A stretch of 64,000 bases of DNA from Macrostomum lignano (GCA_002269645.1 NIVC01000250.1:1-64000), one strand, 5' to 3'; positions 51,208 through 63,569 are shown, counted from the first letter of the stretch. The notes: a model not told the origin generated them from the sequence alone. Numbers and translations: made by a program.

Positions 51208-53355
51208 ATCTCCAAGATAATTGACAAGCGCAAGAAGCAAGGCCGAGTTGAATACAGGATCCGCTGGACTGGTTTCAAATCCAGTCAGGACACCTGGGAG
51301 CCGGCCACAGAGATCATGCCTGTTGCTTACCGATTGGTCAGAGATTTTCATAACCGATCAAAGAATTCAAATAATTCGGCTTCGAATGCCAGTTCACCGA
51401 GCTCTTCAAAGGAGCAGCAACCAATTGACCAGGGCTCTCCGAAAAAGCAGCAGACTCAGCCGAGGCTGCCGAAGCTCATGGCCCTGAAACAGCTGCAGCA
51501 GTCGCAGCCCGAACCGCCGCAGGCTCAGAAATTGCCGCAGAAGCAGCAGACAGCTGCTAAACTGATGCGAAAGAAAGGCGGCAAACAGCAACCGCAACGG
51601 GCTCGCGTGCTGGCTTTGCCAAAGAGAAAAGCCAAGAAAAGGCTGCAGAAATTGCAGCCAAAGCAGCAGAAGCAGCAAGCCAAGAAAAATAACCAGCAAA
51701 AATCTGCAGATGACGCTTCAACAGTTTCTGCTTCTAATCCGTCTTCAGCCGCGTCTGCATCCTCTTCTTCGTCGTCTGCTTCGTCCGCCGCATCGTCCGC
51801 TGCTTCTTCAACCGTATCGCCTAATTCGCAGCCTTCGCAGCCGCCTCAGCCGTTGCCACCGTCGCATCAGTCGCAGTCGCCGCCGCTGCCAATTCCGTCT
51901 CAGATGCAGCAGCAGCAGTCAGAGCTAGCGGCTCTGCCATCAGCATCTATTGATTGGAATTTGAAATACGGATTAGAAGGCGGCAGCGCTCCGGTCACGC
52001 CTCGACACTTGTCTCCTTCGTCTCCTTCGACAGCTCCTGTAGCTTTGATTGCATCCGCTGTCGATTCTCCTTCGGCTCTGCTAGCTCCGGCCTCGTCTCC
52101 GCCTCTGGCGCCTTCGCCGCGGCCTGAACAACAGCAGCAGCAGCAGCAACAGTCGCAGCCTTCGCTGCCGCAGACGCCGACATCGTCGTCTAGCGATCTT
52201 CGCCGCTACCACGCCGGAGTTATCGACGCTATTGATAGCATCCGTCGGTTGAAGCGCAAGGTACTACTAGATCGAGTAGTGCAAGCAGTGTGCAAGAAGC
52301 TCCGAGTCGGTGCTGGACTAGCGGAAGCGGTCATCGAGGATATGGTTAGAATTGGCCGCTTAAAAAAGGTCCGCTGTTCAACTGACAACTCGCTGACTCT
52401 GTACTTGCCTAATCAGAAGCCGCGCTCAGTTGCTGTGTCCACTGTGTCAGCCAAAGCTAAACCGAAGTCCCAGCAGCAGCAGCAGCTGCAAGCAAAGAAA
52501 ACAACTCATATTCGCAACAATTATCATGAGTTATTTGTTAAACAGCCGGCCCACAGTCCGGGTGTGTTTGAAATCTGGCTAGTTGGGCCCAGCAATGGCA
52601 CTGGACAGCCTGGCTGCTGCTTCACAGTCCGTCTGATGCAGGAGCTGTGCCGGGCGCTGCAGCAGGCGCTAAACAATCCAGCTTGCAGGCTGGTCCGTCT
52701 GGCTAACACAGATCCCCGCTGCTTTAGTAGGGGAGTCGATCTCAGCTCAATGCTAGCAGCCAAGCCCGGTCAGGAGGCTTCTCTAGCTGTCAATCAGCTC
52801 ACTGACGAATTGCAACGCTTAGTGTCGGCTATGGTTGAATTTCCCAAGTTATTGGTTGCCACGGTTACAGGAGCTTGCGTAGGCTTAGGCGCGGCCCTGC
52901 TGCCGCTGTGCGATTTTGTCTACGCTAGCGATAGCGCCTATTTTTATTTGCCCTACGCCAAGCTCAAGCAGCCGTGCGAGGCTGGCGTGTCCTACACTCT
53001 GCGACAGGCGTTGGGCAAGCCGACCGCCTCTGAGATGCTGCTTGCCGGACGGAAGCTCACAGCTAACGAGGCGTGCACTCGGGGCCTGGTGTCTAGCGTG
53101 ATCTTTGCTGACACATTTCAACAGGAAGCCGCCGTCCGTTGCGCCAGCATCGGCGCCAGCGTCGGTGCCGAGAATGTGCGCCAGACTAAAGCGCTGATGC
53201 ATTCGACTAGCAGGTCGTCTGTTATCCAGGCCTGCCAGGCCGAGTGCCTGGCCTTGCGCTCCTATTGGCTGAGAGATGACGCCAGGCAGCTGATGCGCGA
53301 ATTTCTTGGCGAAGATCGCGACTTGCTAGAGCGCGCGGAGGCGTCGGTCTTGTGA
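51208..53355 (+). CDS. CDYL: CDYL-like protein: chromodomain + winged-helix-like segment + crotonase/enoyl-CoA hydratase-like domain (large exon; upstream exon not identified)
   Basis: From acceptor cacag|ATC the frame reads ISKIIDKRKKQGRVEYRIRWTGFKSSQDTWEP (chromodomain) and runs into ORF 51316-53355. The C-terminus has FSRGVDL…FPKLLVATVTGACVGLGAALLPLCDFVYASDSAYF…ASEMLLAGRKLTANEA..GLV (crotonase fold). Chromo + crotonase is the CDY family architecture. Confidence 0.88.
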   Translation: MSKIIDKRKKQGRVEYRIRWTGFKSSQDTWEPATEIMPVAYRLVRDFHNRSKNSNNSASNASSPSSSKEQQPIDQGSPKKQQTQPRLPKLMALKQLQQSQPEPPQAQKLPQKQQTAAKLMRKKGGKQQPQRARVLALPKRKAKKRLQKLQPKQQKQQAKKNNQQKSADDASTVSASNPSSAASASSSSSSASSAASSAASSTVSPNSQPSQPPQPLPPSHQSQSPPLPIPSQMQQQQSELAALPSASIDWNLKYGLEGGSAPVTPRHLSPSSPSTAPVALIASAVDSPSALLAPASSPPLAPSPRPEQQQQQQQQSQPSLPQTPTSSSSDLRRYHAGVIDAIDSIRRLKRKVLLDRVVQAVCKKLRVGAGLAEAVIEDMVRIGRLKKVRCSTDNSLTLYLPNQKPRSVAVSTVSAKAKPKSQQQQQLQAKKTTHIRNNYHELFVKQPAHSPGVFEIWLVGPSNGTGQPGCCFTVRLMQELCRALQQALNNPACRLVRLANTDPRCFSRGVDLSSMLAAKPGQEASLAVNQLTDELQRLVSAMVEFPKLLVATVTGACVGLGAALLPLCDFVYASDSAYFYLPYAKLKQPCEAGVSYTLRQALGKPTASEMLLAGRKLTANEACTRGLVSSVIFADTFQQEAAVRCASIGASVGAENVRQTKALMHSTSRSSVIQACQAECLALRSYWLRDDARQLMREFLGEDRDLLERAEASVL

Positions 53356-54259
53356 CACGACCGGCTTGACCAGCTGACCAGATTGGCTATGCATTTTTTG
53401 AAGAGCAGAATTACAACAGCAGGGCTGCCATCTTGCCTTTCATCGCCAATTCTAATCTGTCGGCAAACACTAGGGCCAGAAGAAAGAACTAGAGGAGAAG
53501 AGAGATGAGATAGCAAAAGGAGAGAGAAGAAGAGAAGAAGGTGGTTGACTCTGCAGAGACATAAAATTGGATTAACTTTCAAAATAGTGCAATTTTTTTT
53601 TCAAAAGAAAGCAATTTTTATTGGAAAATAAGGATTATTATTATGTAATGCCATCAATGCCTATCAATAGCAACTCAAGACAGCTAAAATTAGTAATTTC
53701 AAATTTGTCTTTCCGTCTGTCTCCTTGCATGCGCTGGTATTGAAGTATTTAGTTTTTTGTGCTTGTACTTGTACTTGGTGAATATAGAGATTAATATTGG
53801 CTACTGACTACTGACAGCATCAGTAGGCATGCTTTTCCAAGGGTTATATTCTTTTAATCTTAAATTTCTGAATCGTTTTGTTCAAATCGCATTCCAATGC
53901 TTCGATTTGGGTAAAATTTCGATTACTAAATCGCGTAAAATCATATAACTGCCTGTTACTTTATGCGCTGGTTTCTTATCAGGGAATTATTATGTGCTTA
54001 TCCGATTAATTTTGTCGTTTGTGTAATAATTGTGTTGCAAGGCACTGCTTTGCCGTCGTGTGCGTTAGGTTTTTATTTTTGTCTGTTTTGCTATTTTTTG
54101 TGTTTTTGTCCGCTGTGAGTGTTGCAAGTGTGCTGTTAACACGATTTGCTTAAAACTTCCCCTGATATGTTAGCTATGGGATGTCATGTATAAAGCGCTT
54201 TAATTGCCCCCTTTATCCGGTCTTTGTTTGTGTCAGATTAAATTGACTCAGACTAAAAT

Positions 54260-55700
54260 TTCCCTGAGATTCTCCCTACAATCTCCCTGAGAATTGTCCT
54301 ACAGTCTACCTGAGAATCGCCCTACAGTCTACCTGAGAATTGCCCTACAATCTCCCTGAGAATTGCCCTACAATCTCCCTGAGAATTGCCCTACAGTCTT
54401 CCTGAGAATCGCCCTGCAATCTCCCTGAGAATCGCCCTACAATCTACCTGAGAATCGCCCTACAATCTCCCTGAGAATCACCCTACAGTCTCCCTGAGAA
54501 TCACCCTGCAATCTCCCTGAGAATCGCCCTACAGTCTCCCTGAGAATCGCCCTGCAATCTCCCTGAGAATCGCCCTACAGTCTCCCTGAGAATCGCCCTA
54601 CAGTCTCCTTGAGAATCGCCCTACAATCGCCCTGAGAATCGCCCTACAATCTACCTGAGAATCGCCCTAAAATCTCCCTGAGAATCGCCCTAAAATCTCC
54701 CTGAGAATCTCCCTACAATCTCCCTGATAATCGCCCTAAAATCTCCCTGAGAATCTCCCTACAATCTACCTGAGAATCGCCCTACAATCTCCCTGAGAAT
54801 CACCCTACAATCTACCTGAGAATCGCCCTACAATCTCCCTGAGAATCGCCCTGAAATCTACCTGAGAATCGACCTACAATCTCCATGAGAATCGCCCTAC
54901 AATCTCCCTGAGAATCGCCCTACAATCTCCCTGAGAATCGCCCTACAATCTCCCTGAGAATCGCCCTACAATCTCCCTGAGAATCGCCCTACAATCTACC
55001 TGAGAATCGCCCTACAATCTCCCTGAGAATCGCCCTACAATCTCCCTGAGAATCGCCCTAAAATCTCCCTGAGAATCTCCCTACAATCTACCGGAGAATC
55101 GCCCTACAATCTCCCTGAGAATCGCCCTACAATCTCCCTGAGAATCGCCCTACAATCTCCTTGAGAATCGCCCTACAATCTCCCTGAGAATCGCCCTACA
55201 ATCTACCTGAGAATCGCCCTACAATATCCCTGAGAATCGCCCTACAATCTCCCTGAGAATTGCACTACAATCTATCTGAGAATCGCCCTACAGTCTCCTT
55301 GAGAATCGCCCTACAATCTCCCTGAGAATCGCCCTGAAATCTACCTGAGAATCGACCTACAATCTCCATGAGAATCGCCCTACAATCTCCCTGAGAATCG
55401 CCCTAAAATCTCCCTGAGAATCGCCCTACAATCTCCCTGAGAATCGCCCTAAAATCTCCCTGAGAATCGCCCTACAATCTCCCTGAGAATCGCCCTACAA
55501 TCTCCCTGAGAATCGCCCTACAATCTACCTGAGAATCGCCCTACAATCTACCTGAGAATCGCCCTACAATCTACCTGAGAATCGCCCTACAATCTCCCTG
55601 AGAATCGCCCTACAATCTACCTGAGAATCGCCCTACAATCTCCCTGAGAATCGCCCTACAATCTACCTGAGAATCGCCCTACAATCTACCTGAGAATCGC
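54260..55700. repeat. 23-bp minisatellite CTGAGAATCGCCCTACAATCTCC
   Basis: Direct reading. Confidence 0.96.
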
Positions 55701-56727
55701 TTTTTAGTCTCTGATAATCACTTTCATCACTTTCATAAGACTTTTATTTATAAATGGCCACTATTTTATAAATTAATTTCAAACCCAGCAGCATATCTGT
55801 GTTATCAACACTTATCTACTTAGTAAGTAGTATTAGTTATATAATTGCGCCTCCCGTCAAACTTGCTATTTTTGTTGTAATTATTTATTAAATTTGTATT
55901 TCCTTATTAATTTTTTTGCTTACTATAAGTAACAGAAGCTTTATTAAAGAATATTTTTGTTAGTTTGATTAATAAGATTTGAATATAATAAGGCAATAAA
56001 GTAGAGCTGATTTAATAATGTACTCTAAACAGACTTCAATCACGTAACTTCTATCAAAATTGACAAACAAAACAGAACAAACACTTACAAATCAACATCT
56101 AATTTGTCCGCTCATTTATAATAGCCAAGGAAGAATAAATGTTTATTAATAAGTAAACTCGGTCCCGTGAATTTTGTCTTTCTAAATCCTCTTAACTGCG
56201 CGATAACGGTCTCTTCTGTGCGTGCTTTGACAGCCGATCTGTCTCTCACTCTTTCTCTCAGTGTACTAATAACAGTAGTATAAATTAGCTACGTAAGTCT
56301 CCGGATTACTGTACACGTTTAAACTCAATTGCTATCTATAAATCATAGTCTTCATAAATAAATATTTTGTACAGCTTTGTGAAGTGACATTTTTTCTTGT
56401 CCCAATTCTGATTTTATCAGGCTTTAACCATTTTTTTAGTTCATTTTATTAACATTTCACTGCGTTTGCTTGTCGATAATTAATTACAAATTTAATTATG
56501 CCCCATAGTTATAGAAATATTATTTTAAGCTTGGCACGCACTGCTCTGTTGTACATATAAGCCGTGTTAGCGCGTTTGAAAAATTTGCAAATAAATCAAT
56601 TTCATCTATTTGTCGATCAGCGCGTGTAATAAATTTATTTTAGGCGGTACGGTTAAACGTTCAGGAACAGATTTAAAGTTTTAACGTTTTTGAGATTACA
56701 TTTTTTCGAGGCTTGATGTACGCACTG

Positions 56728-57110
56728 ACCAGTTCCCCAATGTACACAGGCCATATCGATCCAGTTCCCCAATGTACACAGGCCATATTGATCCAGTTCC
56801 CCAATGTACACAGGCCATATTGATCCAGTTCCCCAATGTACACAGGCCATATCGATCCAGTTCCCCAATGTACACAGGCCATATCGATCCAGTTCCCCAA
56901 TGTACACAGGCCATATCGATCCAGTTCCCCAATGTACACAGGCCATATCGATCTAGTTCCCCAATGTACACAGGCCATATCGATCCAGTTCCCCAATGTA
57001 CACAGGCCATATCGATCTAGTTCCCCAATGTACACAGGCCATATCGATCCAGTTCCCCAATGTACACAGGCCATATCGATCCAGTTCCCCAATGTACACA
57101 GGCCATATAT
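56728..57110. repeat. 32-bp minisatellite CCAGTTCCCCAATGTACACAGGCCATATCGAT
   Basis: Direct reading. Confidence 0.95.
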
Positions 57111-57729
57111 TGAGCCATCACCCATGAATGACAGTTAGCCTCACTCAGTCAATTAGTGAATTTTAGTCACAAAGTAGTACCGCTCAATCGATGGGAAACA
57201 TGAATTTGTAAAGAATTATATATTAATTAATTCATTGTATATATAATTATATAGAATCAATACGCAAAGGGAGCATACAATGCTTAGTGAAAACTTTACA
57301 AAAAAGTGTTTATTGATTAACAAGCAGGTATGTGTCCGGCATACAACACAGGTGTCAAGGGCGTGAGTGAATTTAAAAACAGCGAGTTTCAGGGGACGGA
57401 CAGTTCATTAAATCAAACCAGTTGAGTTAATTCAACCTGATAAACGAAAACATATACGATAAACAATGACTGGCAGTTTTTATACAATAAAATCGGACAA
57501 TTGCAGGACAAATCATAACGAAATCAGTAGCAATGTGGACGGTAGCATAAATATATGAGCAAAAATTAGCTAATTATGAAAACAAACCAAAGTTGTTTTC
57601 TACTGGAGAGAATTTATTTAATTTCAGATAAAAAATTTTGTATAGGTAGGAACAGGCGAATGAAAATATTTTTGCAACTAATTAAATTAAATCTATTTTT
57701 AATATACAAACAAACAGTTAAGATTTAGT

Positions 57730-58175
57730 GTAAATGGGGGTAGAGGTTGGATAAGATTAAGTGTACATAGGGGATAGGGGGTTGGTTAAGATCGAGTGTA
57801 CATAGGGGGTAGGGGGATTGGTTAAGATCGAGTGTACATAAGGGGTAGGGGTTGGTTAAGATCGAGTGTACGTAGGGGGTAGGGGGGGGGGTTGGTTAAG
57901 ATTGAGTGTACATAGGGGGTAGGGGGGTTGGTTAAGATCGAGTGTACATAGGGGTAGGGGGATTGGTTAAGATCGAGTGTACATAAGGGGTAGGGGTTGG
58001 TTAAGATCGAGTGTACGTAGGGGGTAGGGGGGGGTTGGTTAAGATTGAGTGTACATAGGGGGTAGGGGGGTTGGTTAAGATTGAGTGTACATAGGGGGTA
58101 GGGGGGTTGGTTAAGATTGAGTGTACATAGGGGGTAGGGGTTGGTTAAGATCGAGTGTACATAGGGGGTAGGGGT
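57730..58175. repeat. About 35-bp G-rich repeat GGTTGGTTAAGATCGAGTGTACATAGGGGTAGGG
   Basis: Direct reading. Confidence 0.93.
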
Positions 58176-58893
58176 TCATATTGATATGTTTTAATTGCTC
58201 AAGACAAAATTCTCCTATTAGTTGAACCAGACCAAGACCAAGAGTTCCCGTGGTCCCATGGAATGGTAAATGATCCTTCAAAATTATCCAAATGCTTTAT
58301 AAAGGCAGTTTAGAATGGCTTTGCAAAAGAGTGTATAAAAATAATAGAAAATGTAAGCCTAAATAAATTTCAGCTCGATTAGGAAATGTTGGGCGGAATT
58401 GCATCGCAGTTTCACCGAAACAAGCGCTATAAAATTTAGCAAACTGAACTACTACTAAAAGTAACCAAGCGAAAAGGTTTCTAAAAAATAATTAACCAAC
58501 TGTGGAATGTGTTGCTGTTCCAGATAAATAATTGGCAGATAAATTTCAAGTAACTACATGTAGTTAAAATGAAACGCAACTACTAATGTAAGAATACAAT
58601 TAGTAAACAGTTTAATCAAGCTTTAATCAAGCTTCTAATAAAAACTAATAATTTATATTACTAAGCACAGCTTGGACCAGCAAGGAAGTATATATATAAA
58701 TTAACATTGTCAACGGGTATAAAGTTACACCTACACTAAAATTCAGGCAGAAAACGCGTCAACTTCTACTTATAGTACAGTACTACAGTAGATAATCATG
58801 AGCGGGAAAAATGAAGTAAATTGAATCCTGGACAATTAAAATTCGAAGTCACTTTTATAAAATTATAAAAGATATTTTCAATATTTCCGACGG

Positions 58894-59133
58894 CTAAGGC
58901 TTCCGATCCATGAGCACCCGACCTTCGCGGTCCTTGATCCTAACTCGGCCAGAAGCGTACCTGGTCTCCTGTCTGCCGTCGGGATAAATTGTCTTCTTAG
59001 TACCGTCCGGGTACTCCCGACTGCGGTACTGCGGAGTGTGCACCTCCTTCTGACCGTTGCGGAAGTAGATCTCCTTCAGGGGCGTCGGTCCGTTCACCAG
59101 GCGCAGCCGGGTGCCGTCAGGGAAAGCCGACAC
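58894..59133 (-). CDS. CENPJ: CENPJ last exon (TCP domain end)
   Basis: FPDGT…[51 protein letters not shown] closely follows the CPAP C-terminus. Stop TAG. Confidence 0.93.
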   Translation of the reverse strand: MSAFPDGTRLRLVNGPTPLKEIYFRNGQKEVHTPQYRSREYPDGTKKTIYPDGRQETRYASGRVRIKDREGRVLMDRKP

Positions 59134-59169
59134 CTGCGGCAGGTAGAGGAGGTCGTAAATCTCATTATT

Positions 59170-59725
59170 TGTCATTGCCCCAGTCTCTCCGCTCCATCAC
59201 TGTCCCAGTCTCCCCGCTCCATCACTTTTAAAGTCGCCCCGCACGATCACTGTCCCAGTCTCTCAGCTCCATCACTGTCCCAGTCTCTCAGCGACATCAC
59301 TGTCCCAGTCTCTCAGCGACATCACTGTCCCAGTCTCTCAGCGACATCACTGTCCCAGTCTCTCAGCTCCATCACTTTCCCAGTCTCTCAGCTACATCAT
59401 TGTCCCAGTCTCTTAGCTCTACCACTGTCCCAGTCTCTTAGCTCCACCACTGTCCCAGTATCAGCTACATCACTGTCCCAGTATCAGCTACATCACTGTC
59501 CCAGTCTCTCAGCTCCATTACTGTCCCAGTCTCTGGACTCCATCACTGTCCCAGTCTCTCAGCTAAATCACTGTCCCAGTCTCTCAGCTACATCACTGTC
59601 CCAGTCTCTCAGCTACATACATCACTGTCCCAGTCTTTCAGCTCCATTACTGTCCCAGTCTCTGGACTCCATTACTGTCCCAGTCTCTCAGCTACATACA
59701 GCACTGTCTTAGCCTCTCCGCTCCA
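59170..59725. repeat. About 25-27-bp repeat CATCACTGTCCCAGTCTCTCAGCT in a CENPJ intron
   Basis: Direct reading. Confidence 0.9.
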
Positions 59726-59752
59726 TCTTCACTACCCGCAACCGCAGCTCAC

Positions 59753-60079
59753 CTCCTCCGTAGCGTCGGCGCTGACAGACTTGACCACCCCATCGGGAAA
59801 CTGAATCTCTCTGGAGCCATCAGGCATCACGGTCTCGGACTGGCCGTTGGCGAACACTAACAACTGCCTGCCGTCGCTGTAATTAGTATGTACGGTGCCC
59901 GTGTCGGCGTATCGGTACACAACTCGACTGTCGCTGTCGGGGACGCCGCTATCGCCGCCAGAGTAGGCAGTCTTGACGTCGCCATTGAAATAATTGGTGG
60001 TCACGGTGGAGCCATCGGCTGAGATCAATTTCACGGTGCCGTTGGGAAAGTTCACACGGCGGCGACCGTCGGGGAACAC
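59753..60079 (-). CDS. CENPJ: CENPJ exon: TCP10-C/G-box repeats
   Basis: VFPDGRRRVNFPNGTVK…YFNGDVK…YRYADTGTVHTNYSDG…FANGQSE..MPDGSREIQFPDG. AG/GT boundaries are in phase 0. Confidence 0.92.
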
Positions 60080-60179
60080 CTGGAATTATTGATTTAGGGA
60101 TCGATTAAGGATTAACTGTGCTACCCGGAAGTAGAATCCTGCATTAAAACTCGACTAAGAATCTTTCACTTATTCTCAC

Positions 60180-60332
60180 CAAGAAGAATCGCCCTCAAAC
60201 CCCACACTGAGAATCGCCCTCAAACCCCACACTGAGAATCGCCCTCAAACCCCACACTGAGAATCGCCCGCAAAACCCCACACTGAGAATCGCCCGCAAA
60301 ACCCCACACTGAGAATCGCCCGCAAAACCCCA
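60180..60332. repeat. 25-bp repeat CCCCACACTGAGAATCGCCC(T/G)CAAA; resumes at 62407-62455 after the LINE
   Basis: Direct reading. Confidence 0.92.
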
Positions 60333-62406
60333 TTCTGCCTTTGACAATGTCCTTTTTCGCTCCTTCAGAAACTCTCTTTCCCGCAGGAATGTGAGACACA
60401 GCATTGTTCGCTGGATTTATTTTATGATCCGCAATAGGTTTGCGACATCTACGCTTATGGGCGTTACCTACACCCGAGCGGTGATGAAAGGCGGCCCGCA
60501 AGGTGGCGTGCTAACTCCACTTCTTTGGAATCTCGTCATGGACGAACTTCTAACCGCAGACATTCCCAGCAGTATCACCAGGGCGGGCTACGCTGATGAC
60601 GTTGCCGCGGTCGTCAGCGGACCTGACCCCGCCACTCTGCGCAACCTGATGCAACAATTCGCCGACAAGGCGGCTGACTGGGCCACGCAACATGGCCTAA
60701 AAATCAGCGTCACGAAGACTGTCGCTGTCGTTTTCACCAAGCGCCGTGCGTGGGAGATGAAAAACCTCACTGTCTATGGCAGAAACATCCCCTTCAAGAA
60801 GGAGGTCAAATACCTCGGTGTGACGCTAACGCATGACCTGCGCTGGACGAAGCACCTTGATAACGTCATCGGTCGGGCAAAACGCTGCTTTGCCCAGCTG
60901 CGCAGAGCCATCGGGCCGACTTGGGGCCTCTCGCCTAGAACGGTCCGTTGGATTTATACCGGCATCATCCGGCCCAGTATCACATACGCGAGTCTCATCT
61001 GGACTAGCGTGCTGGAGCAGAAGACCGCCCGTCAGCGCCTACACCAGCTGCAGGGCAGCATTTGTCGTGCCATCACAGGTGCGTACCCGTCTACCCCTTA
61101 CGAGGGGCTGAACACTATCCTTAATCTCCCTCCGCTTCACCTATTTATTAGGGCGGAGGCTATGAAGTCCGCCTCCCGACTTATCAGAGATAAAACGTTA
61201 AATAACGTACCCTCTGGCTTTATGCCTATGAAAACCTTAATCCCGCATATGGACTTTGTCCGCCGCGACCTCAACAACATCCACATGGACCTGGGCAATG
61301 TGGACAGTCGACTCCCCGCCCTCAACATCAGGAGGGGCTTCCAGACCGCCATCCCTGGCCGAGACAGCATTCCGCTGGATGTCGGCGTGAACCGGCGCAG
61401 CCAGGGCATTCACTGCTTCACCGACGGCTCGCTGTTCAACGGCCGCGCTGGAGCGGGTATTGCCATTTTCCACGAGGGTAAGATGCTTCTCCAGGAAGGT
61501 CTGCACCTCGGTGAGAACACCTCAGTTTTCCAAGCTGAAATTTGCGCCATTGAGCAGTGTGCCCAGAAACTGCTTCAGGCGAACATTAATAACTCTAATA
61601 TTAATTTCTACACTGATAGCCAAGCTGCTATTAAGGCCTTAACCACTGAGAATATCTCCGCTGCTACAGTATCTCAATGCCACCGCAGTGTGCAATCTCT
61701 CTCAGTCCTTAACAGGATTAGAATTATCTGGACACCCGGTCACAGCAACATCCTGGGCAACGAGCTCGCGGACTCTCTCGCCAAGGAGGGCAGCAACCCA
61801 GACGGCAAGCACCGTCTGATGAGGCTACCCACTCCAAGGTCGCAAGTCACCCGCCATATCCACAGGTGGCTCCATCAGCAGCACCAGCTCCACTGGAACA
61901 GCTGCACCGAGTACAGGCAGAGCCGCTCTGCCATGCCTAACCTGAACAGGAAAGTCTCTGATTACCTGATTTCGCTTAACAGAACCGACCTCAGGGAGAT
62001 GTGCATGGTCCTAACCGGCCATGGTTTCTTCCAGAGACATATCTCGTTGCAAACCGGTTGCCCTCCCACCTGTCCCTTCTGTGGCATAGGAGAGGAGACC
62101 GCGGAGCATCACGTCACCTTCTGCCCTTACTTCAACAAGGCGCGGCACAAATACATCGGCCACCCCCAGCGGATGGACGAGCTGACCACCCCGGACAATA
62201 TCCGTGACCTTCGCGCCTTCGTCCGTGACTCCGGCCGGATGAGGGTCGCTGATGTCTCCACTGTGAACCTGCCGACTACTGGCGGGGACCGGGTGCACCC
62301 CCAAGGTTAATCCTTGTGCTCTTTTACGTTGGGGTTGCGATAGGGGCCTCGCGGCCTATTCGCGGCGCCTGCGCCCCCCGTCAGTAGTAAGTAAGTAAGT
62401 AAGTAA
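60333..62406 (+). mobile_element. 5'-truncated non-LTR retrotransposon with RT, RNase H and CCHC motif (LOA/R1/I-like group), antisense in a CENPJ intron
   Basis: Uninterrupted frame SAFDNV…[14 protein letters not shown]…GYADD…KYLGV…CFTDGS…SVFQAEI…FYTDSQAA…WTPGHS.I.GNE.AD…CPFCG…ETAEH…CP. (TAAG)n tail at about 62385-62406. Candidate TSD AACCCCA. Confidence 0.95.
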
Positions 62407-62468
62407 CCCCACACTGAGAATCGCCCCCAACCCCAAACTGAGAACCGCCACACTCAGAGGTCACAAAC

Positions 62469-63095
62469 CTGCTCAATCCGACCATTTGGGTGCCGAGACT
62501 CAGTCAACGGCATTTCTTCATCCTCGCGAACTTCCTGTTGCTGAAGCTGAAGCTGCGGTTGCTGCTGCTGCTGCTGCTGTCGTTGCGTCAACATTGGTGG
62601 AGGAGGAGGAGGCGGCGGCGGTGGCGGCTGAGGCGCCTGAGGCTGCTGTTGAGGCGGCGGTGATGGCGCCGTCGGTGGAAGCGCCTGAACTGGCGCTGGC
62701 GCGGCCTTCAACGCCTTGAGCTGCAGGCGCTCCTTCTCCAGATTCTGCACCCGCTGACGCAGTTCGGCTTTCTCAGCCTCCAAGCTCTCGGCCCGATCTC
62801 TCAGGCGAGCCAAATTGGCGGACCAGCGCGCCTCCTTCTGCGCGCATTCGTCTCGCAGTGCGGCCAACTCCTGGCGCAGGCGTTCGGACTCTTCGCGGCC
62901 CTCGCGCCCGGCGCCAGCCTTCAAAGCTTTGGCGTAGTCGTCCAGCAGGCGGCGCTCTTTGCGCAGCTTGCGCTGTTCGGCCTCGCGCTCGCGCTGCGTC
63001 GCCTCGGCTGCGGACCGGCGCTCCTCATCCAGCTTGCGGCGCTCCGCCGCCAGGCCGGCCCGCTCCGACTCCAGCTCGCGTTTCAGCTTGGACAG
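62469..63095 (-). CDS. CENPJ: CENPJ exon: coiled coil, Pro/Gln linker and start of TCP domain
   Basis: cccag|CTG acceptor. Reads RKLRKERRLLDDYAKA…ECAQKEARWSANLARLRDR…HPNGRIEQ. Donor CAG|gtttg, 627 nt. Confidence 0.88.
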
Positions 63096-63096
63096 C

Positions 63097-63545
63097 TGGG
63101 GGTTTATGGTCTGCGGGTTGGGGTTTATGGCTAGTGAATTGGGAAGTTTATGGTCTGCGGGTTGGGGTTTATGGCTAGTGAATTGGGAAGTTTATGGTCT
63201 GCGGGTTGGGGTTTATGGCTAGTGAATTTGGGGGTTTATGGTCTGCGGGTTGGGGTTTATGGCTAGTGAATTGGGAGTTTATGGTCTGCGGGTTGGGGTT
63301 TATGGCTAGTGAATTGGGGTTTATGGTCTGCGGGTTGGGTTTTATGGCTAGTGAATTGGGGGGTTTATGGTCTGCGGGTTGGGGTTTATGGCTAGTGAAT
63401 TGGGAGTTTATGGTCGGCGGGTTGGGGTTATGGCTAGTGAATTGGGGAGTTTATGGTCTGCGGGTTGGGGTTTATGGCTAGTGAATTGGAGTTCATGGTT
63501 AGTAAACTTGGGGTTTGTGGTTAGTAAATTGGGGGTTAGGGGGTT
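63097..63545. repeat. About 43-bp repeat GGGTTTATGGTCTGCGGGTTGGGGTTTATGGCTAGTGAATTGG filling a CENPJ intron
   Basis: Direct reading. Confidence 0.93.
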
Positions 63546-63569
63546 TATGATTAGTAAACTCATTCTAAC

